Positions 61,114 through 63,989 of a DNA stretch of 63,989 bases are shown one piece after another. The DNA is from Carcharhinus longimanus. Its lineage: Eukaryota. Where the stretch lies: positions 56,405,687 to 56,469,675 of the forward strand of contig JASCQW010000032.1 in assembly GCA_030264375.1 (NCBI GenBank), in the 5' to 3' direction. The notes beneath the pieces were generated by a model, which was given only the letters and a program-made list of their open reading frames with translations, searched no databases and had not been told where the DNA came from. The position numbers and the translations under genes were made by a program. How positions within the stretch are numbered: position 1 is the stretch's first letter; the number at the start of each line of letters is the position of its first letter.

Positions 61114-62697
61114 CAATAAGATATAAATCACACCATTCTGCAATCATGCTGGTGTTCAATTTACGTTTGACGTGGGGATATGATTCTAGCATATGGCCAC
61201 TATATTGAGATGCAAATTTATTAAAATTTGGTTCCCAATGTTCAACAGTAGGAAATGTGGCCCTTAATTTAAACAGGTGAGGGGGAGAATAATCGTGTGC
61301 TATATTTACACTGCCACAAAACATGCCAAAGACCCTCTTGCAGGATTTTCCACTTCAGGGTGTTGTTTCTTGTTCTTGTGTTGGGAGCACTGCAACAGGC
61401 CAAGGATAGAAAGGTCAGAGTTGGCTATTGTTCTATCTTTCATAAAAAATCCAATAAGCCTATCTCACTCTGACATCTGTACTGGTGTGAACATGGGCCA
61501 AGACAAATGTGTGTGATTGTGTGAAGTTGGTTGCACTTTACCTCGTTTTTCTTAGCTTAGGAAGTAGTTTCAAGGTGGAGAATGAAAATGACAGATGACT
61601 GCAGGTCAAGGTCATGTTTGAAGACTGAATGATGCTGTTCCTCAAAAAGGTCACCCAGTCTGCATTTGGTCTCCCCAGTGCAGAGGCAACCAATTCATGA
61701 GCAACGTATATAGTGTACCTGTGAATGAATGGAGCCTTCAACAATAGTGAATCAATAAGTTCATCAAATAGCAGACAGACCAACATGTACTGAGAATTAA
61801 TATCTCAATGGAGTAGCAGTCACAACCAAATTAATAAACTGTGCAGTGGGCAACTTCTGATTAAATGCTGTGTCTTGTCTTTGCTGTCTATTAATTTGCT
61901 GTAGCATTGGTGACCCTTTGTAAGTACATTGCTTGAATCTTAAAATAAATACCTAATGTCTGTAATTATATTCCTTTTTTATAAGTCAAAGGTGGTTCAA
62001 TGCAAGCAATTCATAGGTATTAAGATATGAGCCTTGGGTTTTCAAAGAGCAAAACAATGAATGGGTTATATAGTAACAGTTTCACCTGAACAAAGCCCAA
62101 GGGATTGGGGCCTGAAGAGATGAGCAGGGTGAGCTGACAGACCAAAACATTTCAGGAGTTCCCCAGCATGGAGTATATTAATGGGGCATGAAGAACAGGG
62201 TGAACAGCACCTGTCAAAGGTTGGGAAGAATTACAGACTCCTTGGAACAGCACTGGGAGCTAAAAATACACACAGTAGATCACATTACACTATTTTGCTG
62301 AATGAAACTGTAGACTTGAATAAAAATTGCAGCTGCAAGAAAAGCTTATGCACCAGGAAGAGAAGAAATGTAAAATTTTAGACAAATTAATAAATCTACC
62401 TGACTTGATGACAGACAAAATTAAATTGCAGGTTGACGTGGATGGTTCATTAGGGTCACATAAGCTTGGGAGAAGCAAATAGAAGGATTAGTGTTGCTAA
62501 TTGTAAATAATAGTACAAATGCTATAGTTAGTTACATTCCCAAATGAAACTAGAAACTATTCAGTGTAGCTGTTCTCTAATACTTTCAAAGTGTTACCAA
62601 GTCACAACAACCAGAAGTTGGAAGATCCCATAATTTTAATATAGTGTAAATATTTATAATATTCAAACTGGTAAGGTGTCTTGTTTTCCTTTTGCAG

Positions 62698-62775
62698 GTA
62701 TTGGGAGCACATCCCAATTATCCAAAAATGAGGAAAGATATTCTAGACAAAGCTCGAGCAGCTCTGCGTTCTTAA
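62698..62775 (+). CDS. TTC21B: TTC21B exon 29, terminal coding part (78 nt including TAA)
   Basis: ttgcag|GTA; [25 protein letters not shown]. Confidence 0.95.
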   Translation, partial: VLGAHPNYPKMRKDILDKARAALRS

Positions 62776-63643
62776 TTGTGTCATATGATGCTAGTTTTGC
62801 TTTAGATTTCAGAAGATATATGTACAGTTTGACATGCCAATCTTGCATTACGTACAATACATTCTAAAGTATAATTAGTTGTATGACTTTTGTATGCTGA
62901 CTTCATAATTTATATACAAAATATTGTGATAGTGTTTCATTGTTTTTACAGTAATGTTACTTTTTTAAATTACGAGTATTATACATATGAAATTGTACAT
63001 GTATAATCTCCTTTGATTTTCTGCCACAACATTTGTAGTACTGTCAATGATGTAATGCACAATCATTCATTTTAGATGATTCCCTCAAGGAGTTCTTCAA
63101 GCCAGAAAATTTGCAGTCACCACTTGACCATGTGCTTTTAAGTACACATTAGAAATTTGGAGTACAAATTAATTTGAGATGTGTATGATGTTGATGTTCA
63201 TTTTCTTCAGCTTTTGGGGAAGGAGTCAGCCTATTCTGAATGATTTAAAGTAAAAGATGACCTGTCTGTATGTAGTGAATCACTGTATCTGTGAAGGCAT
63301 TTAAAGACAAGGGAAACTAAGATTGATGTTTTATATTTCTATCAACCTGCAAAACTTTGATTTTTCCCCAATGCATGCAACTTGGTTAAATTAGTTGCAA
63401 AGAACAAAGATTGTCACATGGTTTCCACTTTAAAAATAGTGCTAGATTTTTGGAGGCTTTCATTTTTCTATCTAACTTGTTTGCAATCTTGTTTTTGTTT
63501 TTAGTATTCAAAATTAATTGATAAATACCTGTATTTAGTGCAGTAAAGAGCATTTCTGCAATTATTCTACTTGTGGTTGTATTCTTAAAGGAAAACAAGA
63601 AATACTGCAATATCTATTACAATCTTATTTTAGAGCAAATATC

Positions 63644-63649
63644 AATAAA
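63644..63649 (+). terminator. Candidate polyadenylation signal (about 0.87 kb AT-rich 3'UTR)
   Basis: First AATAAA I found after the stop codon, followed by T/GT-rich sequence; no transcript evidence. Confidence 0.45.
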
Positions 63650-63911
63650 TAGGCAATGTTGATTTGTTTTTCAGATTGATTTTTGTTATGTCACACAATA
63701 CAAAATCACTCAGGCAAATGCTGTGGGCAGGGGTCCAAATCCTGCCATAGCAGCTGGAACTGAAAGCTAGTTTCAGTATTAAAGTGCCTATGAAACTGGT
63801 GCTCTTTAGGGAAGGAAATCTGTCCACGTTATCAAATCTCTCTTTGACTTTGTCCATAATGCAACAGGTGTGTCCAATGCAGTAACATCATATCACTCTC
63901 TGAATTGACTT

Positions 63912-63989
63912 AGGGCGGCATGGTAGCACAGTGGTTAGCACTGCTGCTTCACAGCTCCAGGGTCCTGGGTTCGATTCCTGGCTCGGGTC
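63912..63989 (+). mobile_element. V-SINE head cut by the window edge
   Basis: GGGCGGCATGGTAGCACAGTGGTTAGCACTGCTG..GGGTTCGATTCCTGGC. Confidence 0.85.

Noticed and set aside
63912-63989. tRNA genes suggested by A/B boxes (also at 1700, 8830, 12965, 21350, 42700)
   Set aside because: They are SINE heads that continue into SINE bodies, and I see no complete cloverleaf.

Overview
Vertebrate genomic DNA, most likely a shark or other elasmobranch (inferred from V-SINE/HE1-like, DeuSINE/SacSINE1-like, CR1 and Penelope repeats). The window holds coding exons 2-29 of a + strand TTC21B (IFT139/THM1, IFT-A TPR protein) gene at 8364-62775. These are 28 GT-AG exons with compatible phases, 3930 nt in total (1309 codons + TAA). 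The short first coding exon was not found and probably lies upstream. The introns are filled with decayed transposons: a Ty3/Gypsy element with an internal inversion and a Rex1 LINE at the breakpoint, two PIF/Harbinger remnants (transposase plus a convergent Myb/SANT gene) and their MITEs, CR1/L2 LINEs, several SINE families, and many Penelope-like (PLE) pieces. The most unusual signal is a set of fold-back PLE terminal repeats of three sequence types carrying hammerhead-ribozyme-like cores, including a young palindrome flanked by an apparent target-site duplication (TSD) at 51128-51438. I see no prokaryotic system or CRISPR array, and no solid evidence for a new protein-coding system. Thirteen N gaps limit interpretation. 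Repeat family names rest on motif recognition from memory, not on a database search, and repeat boundaries are approximate.
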